Source: an uncultured Planctomycetota bacterium (lineage in GTDB: Bacteria > Planctomycetota > Planctomycetia > Isosphaerales > Isosphaeraceae). From it: a stretch of DNA of 64,000 bases. Shown one piece after another: positions 61,330 to 64,000 of this stretch (positions are counted from its first letter, which is position 1; every line of letters begins with the position of its first letter). The DNA is taken from NCBI GenBank assembly GCA_963823665.1, contig CAWGMQ010000004.1, positions 2,176,001 to 2,240,000 of the forward strand, written 5' to 3'. The translations under genes were made by a program, and so were the position numbers. The notes under the pieces were generated by a model. The model saw nothing but the letters and a program-made list of their open reading frames with translations, was not told the origin of the DNA and made no database searches.

Positions 61330-62330
61330 ACGACGTCACCGTCCTTGATCACGTACTCCTTCCCTTCGAGCCGTTGCAGATGTTTGGCCTTGGCTTCCTT
61401 GACCGAGCCGGCCGCGTAAAGGTCGTCGTAGGCGGTGACTTCGGCACGGATAAACCCCTTCGCTAAATCGGTGTGGATCTTGCCGGCAGCCGCAACTGCG
61501 GTGGCACCCCGCTCGAGGTTCCAACCGCGTACTTCAGGATCACCCGCTGTGAAGAAGGTGATGATGCCAACGGCATCGTATGCTTGTCGGATGATCCGAT
61601 CCTTGCCCAGATCGCCGACACCCATGTCGGCCATGAATGCGGCGCGCTCCTCGGGATCGAGTTGTGACAGCTCGAGCTCGAGCTTGGCGTCAATGGCCAG
61701 TGCTTGCGGGGCAACGGCGCGCAGGGCGTCTGGAACCGGCTCCCCCTGGAGGGTGTTCAGCACGATCACATCCGGCTTGTCGGTCAAGAGCCCGAACGAT
61801 CGCAGAGGTTTCTTGTCCTCCGCAGAGAGGTCAAGCGAGGCGACCGTCTTGCCTTCCTCAAGGACCCCACGCACTGCCATGACGATCTCCAGCTCTTTGC
61901 CGACCAGTTCTCGGTCCGGCCTGGGCTTCTTGAGACTGGCTTCGAGCCTTTCAACGCGAGTGGTTACGACCTGGAGATCAGCAAAAAGCATTTCGTCACG
62001 GAATTGAGCAAGCTGAGCCGCCGGGGCACTACCGGCGAAACCGTTGAGCACAATCAGCAGGGCATCGCCTTCACGGATCAACGCCAGTCGCTGTGGGTTG
62101 TCAGCGTGGGAGCCGGGCAGAAGGCCGGGAGTGTCGAGAAATTCGACCGATGCAGACGTGACCTTCTTGGGATTATGCAGCGAGGCCAGGAAATCCAGCC
62201 GTGGGTCGCGGAGCGTGGCAACTCCCGCTTGTCCAGAATGAACTCTGCCTGGGTCCGGAGTCGTTTCCGTCAGCAGCTCAAATAGCGTGCTCTTCCCGCT
62301 TCCCGCAAACCCGACAATTCCCACACGCAT
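61308..62330 (-). CDS. ychF: YchF/Obg-like ATPase (divergent paralogue, TGS/DUF933 C-terminus)
   Basis: GIVGFAGSGKSTLF, DTPGL, LLTDKP, TFFTAG, AAGKIHTDLAKGFIRAEV, EGKEYVIKDGDVV. Confidence 0.85.
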   Translation of the reverse strand: MRVGIVGFAGSGKSTLFELLTETTPDPGRVHSGQAGVATLRDPRLDFLASLHNPKKVTSASVEFLDTPGLLPGSHADNPQRLALIREGDALLIVLNGFAGSAPAAQLAQFRDEMLFADLQVVTTRVERLEASLKKPRPDRELVGKELEIVMAVRGVLEEGKTVASLDLSAEDKKPLRSFGLLTDKPDVIVLNTLQGEPVPDALRAVAPQALAIDAKLELELSQLDPEERAAFMADMGVGDLGKDRIIRQAYDAVGIITFFTAGDPEVRGWNLERGATAVAAAGKIHTDLAKGFIRAEVTAYDDLYAAGSVKEAKAKHLQRLEGKEYVIKDGDVVYFRSAV

Positions 62331-62437
62331 CCGTCAATCCTCTGGTTGATCCAGCACTCTGTCCTCAATGCCGCTTCTGTAGAGGCGCAGAGGGTTTATG
62401 TCGTAGTAGGGCGGCAATCGTCGCAAGCAAAAGACGC

Positions 62438-64000
62438 TCACGAGCTTTTCAAACTCAGTTCGAGGGCGTCGATCTGGTTATCAATCGTTTCGAGAGACTC
62501 GGGTTCAGAGCAAGGTGACCGAAGCGAATCCGATAGAACGCGTTCACCACGTCACCAGGAATCTCCGAGACCGAGTCACTCCCTGATCTGCGGGCGGAGA
62601 GGATCTTCTGGGCCCGGCGGGCAAACTCGCTCTGAGTTTCATTCGGTAGCCGCTCGAGGTCGATCTGAGCAAGCACCTGCGTCAACCGCCGGTAGAAGAG
62701 CGTGCCGGGGCAGAAGGAAGCGGAGTCTGGGATAGGCCCGCGCAGCGAGAGCAGTAGACGCAAGCCCAGGCGGTAGAAGCCTTTCGCCGCACCGGCTAGA
62801 ACAAGCAAGACAAAGAATGAGACGAAGAAACCCCTCGGACTGATGAACGAGTCGATGTTCTCGAAATGAAAGATCTGCGCGAACCATCTCCGGAACCGCG
62901 ACCGCATATTCGCGAATTGAGTCTTGATCTCATTGGCGATGGTGCGCATCGGGCCGTAAATCAACCTGTCCTGGCGATCGCCGTCGTAGCCGACAACGTA
63001 GAAGATCCAGATGTGGCGAAGCGAATCAGTCAGCGGCCGGAAGTTTCCGGCCAGGCCGCCAACTTGGGCAATCGATTCTTGGCGCGCCGCGATGGGTGTG
63101 GGATCAAGGGTAACCCAGTGTGGCAGAGCATCCGGGCTGTTCGATCGTCCGACGTAGGCTTCCACCCAGCTATGGGCGTGCTTCTGCCGCACGTTGAGCG
63201 CTTCGGTCAGCTCGTTCCAGTCGCCTCCCTTGAAGCCGTTCACGACCCGAGATCGAATACCCACTGAACGCAATAAGAGGGCCAGTGCACTGGCGAAATA
63301 CTCGCAATGGCCTGCCTTGCGGTTAACCAGGAAATCTTCGACCGGATCGAGCGTCGGGTCGTGGATGTCCATCTGCAAGGTGTAATTGAACTGACCCGAT
63401 TCGCGCAGATATGCTTCCAGAGCGCGGGCGCGCTCGGTTACGGCGTCTGGCCCGTCTGGGTTAATACGCGCAATGACAGGCTCGGCGATCGCCTTGAGTT
63501 TGGCTCGCAAGCCCGCGGGCATCGACAGGAAAACACTGTCCCTGTCGGAGGGCGGTGATTCGTGGATCTGGAAGCCTGCGGTGTCGCGATCCGAGATGAC
63601 CTCATAATCGTATTCACCGCTCAGAAGATCGGAGCGAAAGAGAGTGCCGTCGTTGTTTGACAAGCAAGGTTGAGATCGCTCAAACGTGGAGACCGCATTC
63701 AAGATGGGGCGGATGCCGAATAACGTCGGCGAGTCGATCGGCTCGAGCTTGATCCGCTGGCGGATGAGTCTCCCCTTGAGCCGGGCGTCACGTTTGAAGC
63801 TGACCACGGCCTGCGTCCCTTTGGCCTGGCGGACCCATCGACCCCCCTCATAGTGCAGCATGGTGACACCCCGCCAGAGCGGCTCGTCTTCGGGCCGGAT
63901 CGGGTCGCCGTTCTCGTCCGCGAGCTGCACGATCATGACAACCGAGTCATTCTCGAGGATTTCACCAAGCTGGCCGAGTTGCACTTCCTCGTCGAATCCC
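62438..64000 (-). CDS. Transglutaminase TgpA-family membrane protein (5' end outside the window; probable frameshift at about 62506)
   Basis: GHCEYFASALALLLRSVGIRSRVVNGFKGG, HAHSWVE, DPTP; tail ETQSEFA..FYRIRFG continues as EPESLETIDNQIDALE in the shifted frame. Confidence 0.9.

Overview
GC-rich bacterial DNA, almost certainly Planctomycetota (Isosphaeraceae-like). This is inferred from a DUF1501 protein, an ASPIC/UnbV protein beside a multiheme-TPR protein, a PVC-type heme-binding protein, ECF sigma/Ser-Thr kinase pairs, a planctomycete-type 'LELEARTLLS' secretion motif and a DUF4058 remnant. Core-like genes occupy about 0-17 kb and 51-64 kb. The middle is accessory and has four parts. (i) A 4.2-kb block at 17.6-21.8 kb, bracketed by 33-bp direct repeats, carries an unknown 'NAVKHGL' protein, REP-like palindromes and three copies of a fixed-length 54-bp element with inverted-repeat ends. 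(ii) A roughly 12-kb island has an ECF sigma > Ser/Thr kinase-FGE/C-lectin > hflK > hflC operon facing a divergent array of small secreted proteins, including a Pro-stalked beta-repeat protein, and ends at a truncated Y1 transposase. (iii) A sigma-54 activator/STAS/EmrAB unit has a visible -24/-12 promoter and enhancer-like repeats. (iv) A second ECF/kinase-TPR pair has a 44-bp upstream sequence duplicated in front of a giant Gly-rich secreted protein. Single-base frameshifts in otherwise intact genes suggest assembly indel errors. No rRNA, tRNA, CRISPR array or reverse transcriptase was seen. All family assignments come from motif recognition by eye, not database searches.
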